Positions 21,101 through 30,729 of a stretch of 64,000 bases of DNA are shown one piece after another; the stretch's first letter is position 1; the number at the start of each line of letters is the position of its first letter. The position numbers were made by a program, and so were the translations under genes. Source of the DNA: Takakia lepidozioides (lineage: Eukaryota; Plantae; Bryophyta); the NCBI GenBank assembly GCA_030704615.1, contig CM060731.1, forward strand, positions 65,286,001-65,350,000, given 5' to 3'. The notes under the pieces were generated by a model. The model had not been told where the DNA came from. It made no database searches and worked only from the letters and a program-made list of their open reading frames with translations.

Positions 21101-23597
21101 CACAAGGCCACCTTCCAAGTAGTCATGGGTTCAAACCAACATGAGTGTTGGAGTGTCAAGGTTATAGCCCTTGCACGGCACTTTGAGAACAGAACGGGAT
21201 GGGTAGCTCAGTGGTAGAGCACCCCACCGGAATGGGGGAGGTCCTAGGTTCAATCCCTAGCCCGACCACACGCCAGTGGTTTTCCAACATGGTATCAGAG
21301 CCAAGGTTGGGGCGGTGGTCAGAATGGGTGGGCATTAGCTATAAGGGCTATGCCTTGAGGGGGAGTGTTGGAGTGTCAAGGTTATAGCCCTTGCACGGCA
21401 CTTTGAGAACAGAACGGGACGGGTAGCTCAGTGGTAGAGCACCCCACCGGAATGGGGGAGGTCCTAGGTTCAATCCCTAGCCCGACCACACGCCAGTGGT
21501 TTTCCAACAATAAGGGTATGTTGGATGTCACCCATTGTGCCAACTCAAAGCTGCAAATGGGGCGTCACTGGGTCAATCACTCACCTATATGTAGTACCTG
21601 AGCGTGAACTTTTCTTGGGTGAAAATCCGCCAGACGGACGATCAAAAAACCTGCAAATCAAACATTTTTTTAAATTCCCCTGCTTTGAAAAACTTCCTTT
21701 GGCACTCGGGCTATATGATGGGTTTTGTTTTATTTATAGAAACAACCATTATGGCGAAATATACATTGTCATTTGGCAAACCTGGCTAAAACAGAGTTGT
21801 GAAAGAATTCACTGCGTTAAGTCCTTGGGGGAGGTTTTGAGAAACCACATTGCCCCAGGTACGGCCATTAGAAGTTGTCCACCTTGCAAAAGGAAGTATC
21901 CCCCATTGGGTCTTTCGGCAGCATTTCACCCTTTACACCCACTTCGGAAATATAGATTTTGACTGAGTGGTGGGGGTTCCCAGTGGGTCGTACAACTGCT
22001 CTGAACAGGCTTGGTTGGCCTGCAGGGCTTATCATCCTTCAGAGTTGTTAGGTGACTGGTTTATGCAATTAACTCCATTGCGCTTATGACCCTTCAGAAA
22101 CTGGTGGACCTCTTTGTTCATGAGAACAGCAGAAACAGTCTGAAGGTTGGGTCAACAGGTGAACTTCTCATAGTTGTTGATGAACTCTGTGCACTTGGAG
22201 GCCGCTAGAGATTTTGTGCTCATGAGCGCCCAGTTGCATTCATTGAACGGCTAAAAGTGCCACTACTGGGAAGAACACTGGCCTTTGTAGTATTTTAAGC
22301 TACAGCTCCAGAATAGTGGGGCCTAGCTTCCTCCCAACCCAATCTTGGTTCCATCAAGGGGACTAAGGAACAGGAAGTCATTAGTCATTACGCAATGGTT
22401 TCAGGGACTAGGTGGTCCAGAGTCTAGGGTCTCAACACAGCTGCAAGTGTCACCTTGACATATATATTTACATTTATACTTGAAGCCAGACGTAGTTTCG
22501 CTTACATGCTGGTTTCCTCGAGTCTTCATTTGCCCATTTTGCCTGGGTAGTGTTGCCAGCTTTTTCTTGAAAGGTGTAGCTTCGTGATTCCTACTTGGAG
22601 AAAATCTCTGGATTCTTGAACCTATTTGACACAGCCAAGGTATTCACAAAGATTTTTGGTTTATGAGGTTCTTTCCTGGGGGTTCTTATCTTCAGCAGAG
22701 AGAACAAAAATGTGCTGTGATAGAGGAAGACTACCTTACCTTCAGACTTGTTAGTGGATTTCATGTGCCTGGAGAGCTTGCTTGGTGGAACAGATATTTT
22801 ACCTGCTGACCCACGGAAGGCGGAGTCGGAAGTTGAGGAATATTGCCATTGTGCGTCTGGAGCAAATAGCCCCATTTCCATACGACCGCCTAGCTATGGT
22901 TATCAACCGCTATCCAAATGCGGATCTTGTATGGGTCCAGGTAACAAATGTCCCCCTGCAGTAACACTTAGAATCCCTGAGGCTTTGGTCTCATTAGTTA
23001 TGACAATAAGACATTAAAATTTATGGTTTAGCCACACAGTGAGCACGTCATATGTCAGCATGTGAGTTTTGGAAGAGAATGTACTCATAAGACTTTGTTT
23101 GCCATAGCGTTGTGGCCATAGACCCCGCACCCAGTTTGGACGGAAACATAGGAAATAGGCAATACCTTTGTGAGGGGCTCATTCCAGTAAGGTGACTTAC
23201 CTTGATATAAACAATTGGTTCAGAATTTCCAGATATCCCTTCACACAGGCATCAATCTCCTGTGTGGGAGCAGCCCAAAAGTTAGACCCCAACACGGCCA
23301 GGGCTTTAGGCTCAGCCTCGAGATTTTGAAAGTTGGTGAACAGAGGTGCAGGAACCATGTGCTTGAAAGAGACTGATAGGGTAAGGGAGGGTGGGTCAGG
23401 AGGAGCCCAAGAACATGGGTGCGTGGGCATATGTGCAGCCGCGACTGGCTACAGCATTGCGAGAGCTCTGTAAGGGTAGAGAGAAACCCACGGTTCAATT
23501 TATTGGACGTGCTGCATCAGCCACCACAGCAACAGGAAGCTTCCCAGTCCACCAACAGGAGACCAAGGCTATCGTTGACTCTGCATTATCCACATGA
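111..23597 (+). CDS. OGDH: 2-oxoglutarate dehydrogenase E1 component-like protein with inserted EF-hand pair; 29 exons, ~1062 aa
   Basis: Hand-spliced exons, all GT-AG and phase-consistent, 3189 nt incl. TGA: 111-197, 284-467, 1422-1578, 1681-1916, 2050-2150, 3140-3189, 3421-3568, 10034-10150, 10588-10650, 11947-12069, 12686-12772, 13106-13168, 13423-13533, 13868-13976, 15182-15258, 15415-15462, 15618-15703, 15851-15997, 16619-16763, 16983-17144, 17430-17517, 18909-19035, 19531-19593, 20180-20234, 20327-20371, 20628-20692, 20816-20915, 22794-22940, 23400-23597. OGDH motifs appear in order: [138 protein letters not shown]. Exon 1 and the start codon are the least certain part. Confidence 0.93.
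2785..2817 (+). mobile_element. 33-bp LINE 3'-tail micro-insertion (family A)
   Basis: aaggctacagcaagcaacgtcttacgagtacat flanked by 15-bp TSD tctctaagtgcattc (2770-2784, 2818-2832); matches the 3' end of the LINE at 5666-9720. Confidence 0.85.
3915..5140. mobile_element. Cluster of degraded LINE fragments (families A and B) in OGDH intron 7
   Basis: Family-A tail (+) at ~3915-4020. Family-B C-terminal remnant (+) at ~4080-4560. Family-A CCHC region (-) at ~4563-4905 ([19 protein letters not shown]). Further tail at ~5100-5136. Confidence 0.7.
5153..5653 (-). mobile_element. 5'-truncated family-A LINE
   Basis: Encodes the C-terminal [15 protein letters not shown] knuckle plus the conserved tail; flanked by ggtgagtagaga / ggtgaggagaga. 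Confidence 0.85.
6011..9394 (-). pseudogene. LINE endonuclease/reverse transcriptase ORF lacking the catalytic (Y/F)ADD segment
   Basis: APE motifs [34 protein letters not shown] motifs [41 protein letters not shown]. The ORF then jumps from IPAL to NLFPVCDM with no xADD, and frameshifts before the CCHC. Confidence 0.85.
8528..8930. repeat. 3 x ~141-bp coding tandem repeat (~47 aa) inside the LINE ORF
   Basis: gggaca(g/a)ttacccc recurs at ~8529, 8670 and 8811; the protein unit [27 protein letters not shown] occurs three times. Confidence 0.9.
11301..11378 (+). pseudogene. Isolated plant-type LRR fragment in OGDH intron 9
   Basis: Translates [26 protein letters not shown], matching the plant-specific LRR consensus (N.L.G.IP..IG.L..L..L.L). 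Confidence 0.6.
11392..11716. mobile_element. MITE, probably Tourist/PIF-Harbinger-like
   Basis: ~37-bp imperfect TIRs (gggtgcctttcc...cctgaatcc / ggattcagg...ggaaaggcaccc); followed by TAA. Confidence 0.7.
14043..14282 (-). mobile_element. 240-bp family-A LINE 3' fragment with 30-bp TSD
   Basis: TSD ggttcagttgcctgtataggtgcctgtgtg at 14013-14042 and 14283-14312. Confidence 0.88.
14321..15092 (-). mobile_element. Older family-A LINE fragment containing two nested tail insertions
   Basis: 13-bp TSD gtgtgcaagagaa (14308-14320, 15093-15105). RT thumb remnant [12 protein letters not shown]. Nested ~41-bp tails at 14511-14551 and 14568-14609, separated by three copies of tgagtggcccaaaaga. Confidence 0.8.
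16030..16556 (+). mobile_element. Family-B LINE 3' fragment plus family-A 32-bp micro-insertion
   Basis: [24 protein letters not shown]. Micro-insertion 16525-16556 flanked by tctctcacatgc (16513-16524, 16557-16568). Confidence 0.75.
17245..17412 (+). mobile_element. Family-A LINE tail abutting the exon-21 acceptor
   Basis: ...gcggggtctatggccacaaggctacggaaaacaacgcctcacgagtac ends ~17 nt before the AG at 17428-17429. Confidence 0.8.
17430..19593 (+). other. EF-hand pair (calmodulin-lobe-like) domain encoded by OGDH exons 21-23
   Basis: Spliced translation: ...[70 protein letters not shown]. Two 12-residue loops with helix spacing like a calmodulin lobe. Confidence 0.82.
17620..18895 (-). mobile_element. 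Tandem family-B LINE 3' fragments filling OGDH intron 21
   Basis: ORF 18307-18894 reads [20 protein letters not shown]...RLCPAC...[13 protein letters not shown] (LINE C-terminal CCHC region); a second copy lies at ~17620-17990. Confidence 0.8.
21197..21268 (+). ncRNA. tRNA-like Pol III cassette in the 5' LTR (not a functional tRNA)
   Basis: A box tagctcagtgg and B box ggttcaatcc. D stem GCTC/GAGC, CCCCA/TGGGG stem with only a 6-nt loop, T stem CTAGG/CCTAG. Confidence 0.7.
21417..21488 (+). ncRNA. tRNA-like Pol III cassette in the 3' LTR (not a functional tRNA)
   Basis: Same cloverleaf as the 5' copy; acceptor GGACGGG/CCCGACC with one mismatch. Confidence 0.7.
23078..23360 (-). mobile_element. 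Family-A LINE 3' fragment in the last OGDH intron
   Basis: Conserved tail (gtactcataagac...) and [18 protein letters not shown] coding remnant. Confidence 0.8.
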
Positions 23598-24811
23598 TGC
23601 TCCTAGGCTGGGTTGAGTAAGCATTCTGGTCCTGCTATAGTACTCATGCACTTCTTGAAGCTCAACAAGTATTCAGCATATAGTGTCAATCCCATATCCT
23701 TCCACTTCCAATATGTATACTTGAAGCCTGCTGGGCAAGGGTGTCTACATGCCATGTGAATCACCTTCCCAAAAATGTAAGAGTACTCTACACAGTGCTG
23801 TCTTGTGGATCCCCCACACTTCTATAACCCCATCAGGTTTTGAATGGAGTAGATGTTGCAGTGACATTTTTTGCATAAAGGTTGTTCAATAACAAAGATG
23901 TTATCTGAGGGAGGTGTTACCTAGAGAAGGCACATCATGGAAGTGGTTTTTGGCAAAAGAGAGGAGGTGACACTTGGGGGAAGGCACAAAAAAGTTCATT
24001 AGTTCATTCATTAGTTCACTCTGGCCTCAGTTTTTCCAGGGTATAGTGCCCTCATCCACGATGTAAGAAGAAGCGTAAGGACCATCTTCCAATTTCCTTT
24101 GGGCTATGTCCCTTTTCCTAGGAATCGGAAAATAAAAAAAGTTATCGATTTTTTGGATTCTCAAATTCCACTCCAACTTCCAATTATTTCTGCTCAGGTT
24201 TATTTACCGACCTGGATTTCTAGTTTGATTGTCCTTGTTATTATTCAGTGCTGGTGATGCAACCCACTTACTTACTAGGATGTCTAGAAGTAAAATTTCA
24301 ACTTTTACTACGGAACACGGATGGATAGTAGAAGTAGAGGGCAGAGGTAAGGGCTCTACTACTGCAGAAGCGGGTCACCCCAGCATCAATTAATCAGTGC
24401 AATTCAAAGGGGAAGTAACCCAGTGTTTTGCTTCCAGAAGTCACTAGTGCAGTCACGGTGAGTGGAAGTTAGAGGCAGAGAGAGAAGAGCAAAAAGACTT
24501 CATTTCATGGTTGCATAGCCAAGACAGGTTTGTAACTGGGGACTCCCAAATGCCTCGGAGCCGCGAGGTATAATGTACAAGCGCTTAGATTTTTCATACA
24601 TCAAATTTACAAACAATACATTCACATTCTAACATTGTGGAATAGAAACTGCCACAAAAACTTGTGAATCGACAAATAGATAGATCTGCACTTGTAATAT
24701 TTCTGTAGACACATCATGTGTGTAAGTTACAGTTCAGCCAATTTGCGTCTCACTGCAACCACATCAGTCAAGTTACAGAATCGCCTTAGACAATTGTATA
24801 CCTTTGTATTA

Positions 24812-25100
24812 AAGACTTAAGGGGATCTGTGTGGAGTATCCCAGGTCTACTTCTCAAATATGTGAATATAATTATGTACGAGGTCCACCCAAAAAAATGA
24901 GAAGGTGTACCACATCTGAAGACTTTAGGAATCTCTGTGGAGTATCCTAGGTCTACTTCTCAAATATGTGAATATAATCATGTACAAGGTCCACCCAAAA
25001 AAATGAAAAGGTGTACCACACCTGAAGACTTAAGGGATCTATGTGGAGTATCTCAGGTCTGTACAAGGTCCACAAAAAATTTGACAAGGTGTACCACACC
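24812..25100. repeat. ~106-bp tandem repeat, about 3 units
   Basis: aagactta.ggatct.tgtggagtatc..aggtctac...aaggtgtaccaca recurs at 24812, 24919 and 25025; related units at ~62201-62430. Confidence 0.8.
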
Positions 25101-25479
25101 ACATCTTCATCAAGGCAGAATGATGTATATCATATGCTCCCTGTCATGAATACCTCGTTACATCAGAGGCTTAATATCTGTCGCCTTCTTCTTGCTGGGC
25201 AAAGATTGTTGTGGGTGGGATATGGCGGTTTGGGTCAGTCTTAGGGGTTTGTGTGCAGCATCATGATACCTCCAAGTTTTCTCTCTACACCCAAGACTCC
25301 TTGAGGTCTTATGCCCGACAAGTGCACCGGCCACCGCAGCGAAATGATTGTTGCAAACCCCTGCTGTTCTTTTTCTCTTTCCCAGCAAAGACATCTGAAC
25401 CGCATTCACTCTGTCAAGCAAAAGAAGAGAGATTGCTGCATCTTCTTCCCAGCTTGAGTTGTTGTTAAGCCACAAGAAG

Positions 25480-26032
25480 GCCCTGCTCTGCGGGGATGTT
25501 TCTGCTTGTGCAAGTGGTGATCTGGAATTAACTGAGCATGCTGCAGGGCAAAGAGATTATTGGCATCATCCTCGGTCACTTGCTCATCTTGCTCATCTTT
25601 CCACCTCAATGCCACAAATTTTTTCCTCTTCCTGCTTTGTTTAGATCGCTTTCGCTTTGGAACGAAAAACGGGAGATGGTCGGGCGACCCGCGAAAGCTT
25701 GGCATATGCAAACTTGGAGTCATTGTCTCCCGTTTCAATTGCCCTGAACTTGCAATTTACAGAGCAAAATAGGAACTCGGCCTTCATTATGCCACCAAAA
25801 CAGGTCTGGCAGTGTGGGCCTTCCTAGGATGCATCAATGGCGACCTGCCATGAAGGTGGAGAATCCGCTCTGAGTTGATCCAGTATCGCTGGATGCCCGA
25901 AATGTCCACAAGATTTTGTAATTCCACTGTGCGGATGGCATCCCTCTTATGCTCCTCGCACTTTGCGGAGAACTTCGCCTCTAAGAAAATGGATAGCCAA
26001 TCCCGAATCTCTCCCTTCTGTTCCTCCATCAT
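25480..26032 (-). pseudogene. PLATZ transcription factor pseudogene
   Basis: DWLSIFLEAKFSAKCEEH, then DAIRTVELQNLVDISGIQRYWINSERI; after a frameshift, HCQTC-x10-FCSVNCK (second PLATZ Zn motif). The first Zn region is deleted. Basic C-terminal HKQKHPRRA lies in another frame. Confidence 0.75.
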
Positions 26033-26426
26033 ACAATTAAATCTCTCATCCCCGCGCGACAACGATTTCAAGATCGTCCTCAGTGTCCGCGCTATGAACA
26101 AGAGAACCGAACAACCTGTAGTAGTTCTGTCAAACCGACAATCTCCTCTCCAATCCTTACCTCCACAACACTCCAATTCTCCCTCTCGTCCCAGAACGAC
26201 AACGAGGTAAAGATCGTCCTCAGCGCACACACGGGCACATTCGGAGCTTCTCTCCTTCTCCCCACCGACGAGTTTGCTTCAGGCTGCCCTTCCATTTGGC
26301 TCGGGATCACGGAGGACGATACGTGTAACGAGCCTGGGTCCGGCCAATGTGAGCCAACGTAGTCCAATAAGCTTGGAATGGATGCCACGTCGAAAATGAT
26401 CCGATCCATCCTTGCCTTTCGTTAAG

Positions 26427-27151
26427 AGGTTGGTATCGCGTGAGCACATTGTGAGCATGCGCGTGAGAAACCCACGGTCATGGGAGTTTTATGTTTTCTT
26501 AACCTCGGTCATAGGAGTATGAGTTATACGTTTCCAAAATGGAAAAAACCATAAGCGAATATAGAGGACCGGTGCATATATACGGTACGTCTACACCAAT
26601 GAAGCGAGGCGAAAACTTCAGTAGTGTAGCTAGAAATCCTAAACTTATAGTGGCAAACGAGTTTCGCATTGAGAAAGACTTGGTGATATGGGCACAAACT
26701 TATGCAGCGGTGGGTTTCACATTGAGAAACCCTTAGTGGTGTTTGAGAAAGATGGGCACAAACCTATGCAGCGGTAGGTTTCGCATTGAGAAACCCTTAC
26801 TGGTATATCTTGAGTCAAAACTTTCTATACGAAATCCCATTACCCAACAATCCCACATCCGATTCAGGCTAGTTGGTACAAAGTTTCGCCGTTCGAAATT
26901 ATCCTTCAGTGTGATTTCTTCTCAGGCTGTGTGGTATAGAATTTCCTGTGAGAAATTAGCTATAGCCGAGGACCTACAATTTGAGGTGAAGTCTCACTGC
27001 ACTCTCGCGCCTGTTATTGTGTTAGTTTTGCATAATGTTTAATTTCGCCAAGTTCGTTTCGCTTCGATGTGGAAATTTCGAGGAAATTTCGTGGAAATTT
27101 GAGGAATATGCCCTTGTGCTCACGTGAGCATGCTCACGCGCTACCCAACCT
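26427..27151. mobile_element. Non-autonomous TIR element (MITE-like)
   Basis: Imperfect TIRs aggttggtatcgcgtgagca / tgctcacgcgctacccaacct; internal ~70-bp duplications; no clean TSD. Confidence 0.55.
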
Positions 27152-30100
27152 AGGATCCTTTCATTATAATCTCTTTTTCTGCGTTATTGTATTAATCTAT
27201 TAATCTATGAAGTGAGACGTTTGTTTGTTTGTTTGTTTATTTTGTTCTGTTTTGTAGCGTTGAGATGTCCCAAACCGCATGGCCCGCTTGGTGCTTGGTA
27301 CCGTTGGAAAGCCCTCAACGAGGAGGGGTGCACTGGTTTGGTCTCATGATTTTTGGACATGCAGTGTGGGAGATATGGAATTCCAAGTACTTTTGGTCGC
27401 TGGAAATTCACAAAAAATAGCAAAAATGGCAAAGTGGGCATTCCTGGGACGATGGTTGGAGCCTCCACGGGAGAGATATAAAGGGAAAGGGCTTCGGTTC
27501 AAATCTGGTCGTAGGCTCTGTGGAAAAATAACGATTAGACTTAGATGACATTGGACACTTGGGCGAACAGCAAAGGCTACCCTAGAGGTTGCATTTGGGC
27601 CTCGACATAGGAGACTCACTTTGATACACACGGGATTGCACTTGGACTTAGATGACACTGGACACTTGGGAGAGCGACCGGACAGCTCTTAGTTATTAAT
27701 GGTCAGGCGAAAAAACCTTTTTAAGAAAATTAACCCCCTTGTCGGACCTGCTGTTCAAACGATCAGGAGGATGAACGGCCTTCCGAACCCTAACTCTGTC
27801 CACCCTAACCTCGGTGCTGCAGTGGTGGGGAGCAGGGTGGGTGGAGGCGAGCCCATTTGTACCCCGAGCTTTACTGTCGCTTGTTGAAGGGTTTGGTTGG
27901 TTGTGACCTGAAAGTCCGTGCGGTAGCTTTGCTGTTGGTTTGAGATGAAGGTAGTTTCCAAACTACTGGATCTCTCTGCAAGCCCTCATATGCGAGGGGA
28001 CACAGTTGAAACAAAAATTTCCGTGAAAGACTGATAGCGATGGTTGCTGAACTGGAACTTGAGTTATAGAAGAAACTGGGGGCTCTACCTCGCGAGCAAG
28101 ATCCAGGCGACAGCTGTAAGAGCATTTTTCGGGGGAGAGTGAGAGGGAGAGACCACGTTATAAATGCCGAAACGACTTTGATCACATCCAAAGTGCAGGA
28201 GCTTAGTTCTCCATCTCACATCACTCGCAAAAATTTTACTGGTTATTTTTGTTTAAAGCATGTCGGTAGAAGGAATGTGAGACTGTATGGTTGGGCTGGA
28301 TTTATCACCAGGTTCCGTCTTGCCTATACAGCGGGTGGCGGGGGGTGTTTTCCATTCTCTGGACCACATGGTCGAAAGTTCAGGCTATAGGCTTGTCTTG
28401 TCTTCTGGATTTTTTCAAGAAATAGTTAGTCCGCACTGGCTTGCTTTGGTCTTGTTTGATTCTCTGGTTATCGGACTCTTTAAATCGCTCTTCTGCTGGC
28501 CTTCTTCGTTCCACTTGAAGCTTTGGTTGTCTGATGTGATGTGTAAGTCGTTTTTTGGGTTTTTCTTCTGTTGGCATTTGTTGGAAGGATTGCGGGTCTC
28601 TGAACATCACATGTAACCAAGTGTGAACGCAGTGCTATTAGTGCATGCGTTTGCTCCGAGTTTAATGTGTACATTAAGATCTGTTGTAGGTGGAATTGTG
28701 TCTTCGATTCTTCTGGAAAAGAGGGATTTTACGGAAATTCTCTCCTCTGCACTTGTGCGGGTGGACGCAAGGATGAAGATATTACCTGTCTGTGACAGGC
28801 AGCCCTTTAGGGTTGTCTGAGAGAGCATTGACTACCACAGTTTGTATTCCCTGAGCGTCCACTGATCTGTTGTTTTGGGTTCATCTTGAATCACAATTCC
28901 GTGATAAGTGGTGTGCGTTCAAATGTGTGTGAGATTCCATCTTGGTGCATGTAGTTATACTGTGCAGGTTGGTCACGATACAAAATTTTGGCAGTCAATT
29001 GTTTGCTTAGAAACCACACCAAAAGAATCGATTGCAAACCTGCGAGCCAAGAGATAATTGAGAGCTTCGTCGTCGGCGACAGAAGCCACGTCTTCCTTTT
29101 TAATTCCCTTAGCAATCTTCAAGGTAGTATTCCCTCCTATCTTCCGTTCTGGTCATATAGGAGCCAGTCCTTGCGAGGTCAATTAGGGGGGTGTTCTTTA
29201 AAGAGGTGAATAGCAGTATTGGGGTAAAGCAAGGCTATCCTCTCTTCCCGGCTACCCTTTGGACGCCACATAGATGTCATAGACATTGCACAAAAGACTT
29301 GCAATCAATTGTTGTATAAGCTACAATGTGGTCCTGCTGGCTCAACCTCCCATCTTCCTACAAATCATGGCACTACTGATCAGAGATTCCACTAAGACAA
29401 CCATCAGATTGAAGCGGTCACATCTTACACATATCTGGGAGTAGTATTTATGCCCCAAGATTCCAGTTTACAGATGCGGCTAAGGACAGACTGCCGAAGG
29501 GTTAACCAACCTCTTCGTATCCAAGGGAAATACAAACAAATCCATTTTAGTCATCCTCCCTTTAAGGTGTGGCTCTTTGACTTTGCTGTCATTCAATTTT
29601 GCGCTCCCCGGCTCCCTGCTTCCTCCTGGTGGGGAAACCCCTTGATGTGCCGGGCACGTGAGCAGTTCGCTGCATCCTAAGCGGCGGCTGGATGTGGTGG
29701 GCCCCGCCAGCGGCTGCAGCCTGGGCGGTCCCTGCTTCCAAGGGCAGCCCCCGCGGGTGTGCACATGTATTCTACCCCCGGGGTGGCGTAGGAGGGATAA
29801 GAGTTACTAATGAATAAAGGCCCATTTAGTTTCACTAGCCAATAAAATATGGTGAGCTTAAGAATTACCTCCAAGCAAATTAGCCTGGCTTAAGAAGTGG
29901 CCACCATAGTGCCTCTAAAAAATAAAGGCCCAATTATTTTCACTAGCCAACCAAAGATTGAGAGCTTGAGAATTACCTCCAAGCAAGCTAGGGTTTGAGG
30001 ATTAGGGTATGGAGTTTTGGTTGGATGGTGGTGCTAAGTTAATTTGAGAAGGATTTGTAGGTGAACATGGAGGATGTTGAACTTGTTATTGTACTTTGTG

Positions 30101-30729
30101 TTCTCTTTTTGTTCCACGAGGGTCTCCCACATCGTTTCCATCATTCCAAAAAAAGGAAAACAACTCTTATACTTCCGTGGTTGGTCAAAATGGCCAGCCC
30201 CATACCAGGTGCTCCCATTTCACCACAAAAAAATATTTTGCAATTCTTTCAAGCAGAGAGTGTTTATTATCTAGCTACCTACCCATACCAACTGCCCTCA
30301 TTCAATTCCGACATCGTGAGCGGAAATGGCACCCACCCTTGCAATTAAGTTGCATGTAACAAGCACCTGCAAAAATTGATCCAAGCATCTCCTCTTTTTT
30401 AGTATAGTGAAAACCCTTTCTAGCCATATGACCCTAAACTGCAACCACAGTAAAAAGTCGGTGGCGCAGTAATAATTATTTATTTTACCAGGGTTTTAGG
30501 ACCATTAGTTACCGCAGGTGCTTCCGTGGGGGCGCATCCTTCCCAAGCGGCTCGCCTGCCCCCGCGAGGCCCCACGTCCTTGGCTGCCCCCGTTTCTGCC
30601 CCCTAGGCGGCCGCGCGCAGCCTGGGCGGCTCTTTTGGGGCTCAAGTGCCCGGCACTGGAGACTCTTAAGGTGTCCTTTCTCTGAGGGTTGCTTGGAGCC
30701 AGGCAAACCACAGCTTTATACACTGAATT

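Larger units (their letters stand above)
21146..21509 (+). mobile_element. TRIM (non-autonomous LTR element) with tRNA-like sequence in both LTRs
   Basis: 144-bp LTRs TG..CA at 21146-21289 and 21366-21509 with one mismatch. PBS tggtatcagagcc (tRNA-iMet) at 21290. PPT gagggggag ending at 21365. Flanks atgag/ataag (4/5 TSD). Confidence 0.92.

Noticed and set aside
21197-21488. Two functional tRNA genes
   Set aside because: The anticodon loop is 6 nt, the acceptor stem is mismatched, and both copies lie inside the LTRs of a TRIM.
111-23597. DHTKD1 (2-oxoadipate dehydrogenase) assignment
   Set aside because: Despite the short N-terminus, [15 protein letters not shown] and [12 protein letters not shown] follow OGDH rather than DHTKD1 (GDVLSHL, KRYGGEG).
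27870-29210. Possible gene remnant
   Set aside because: Short stop-interrupted frames on both strands with no recognisable motif.
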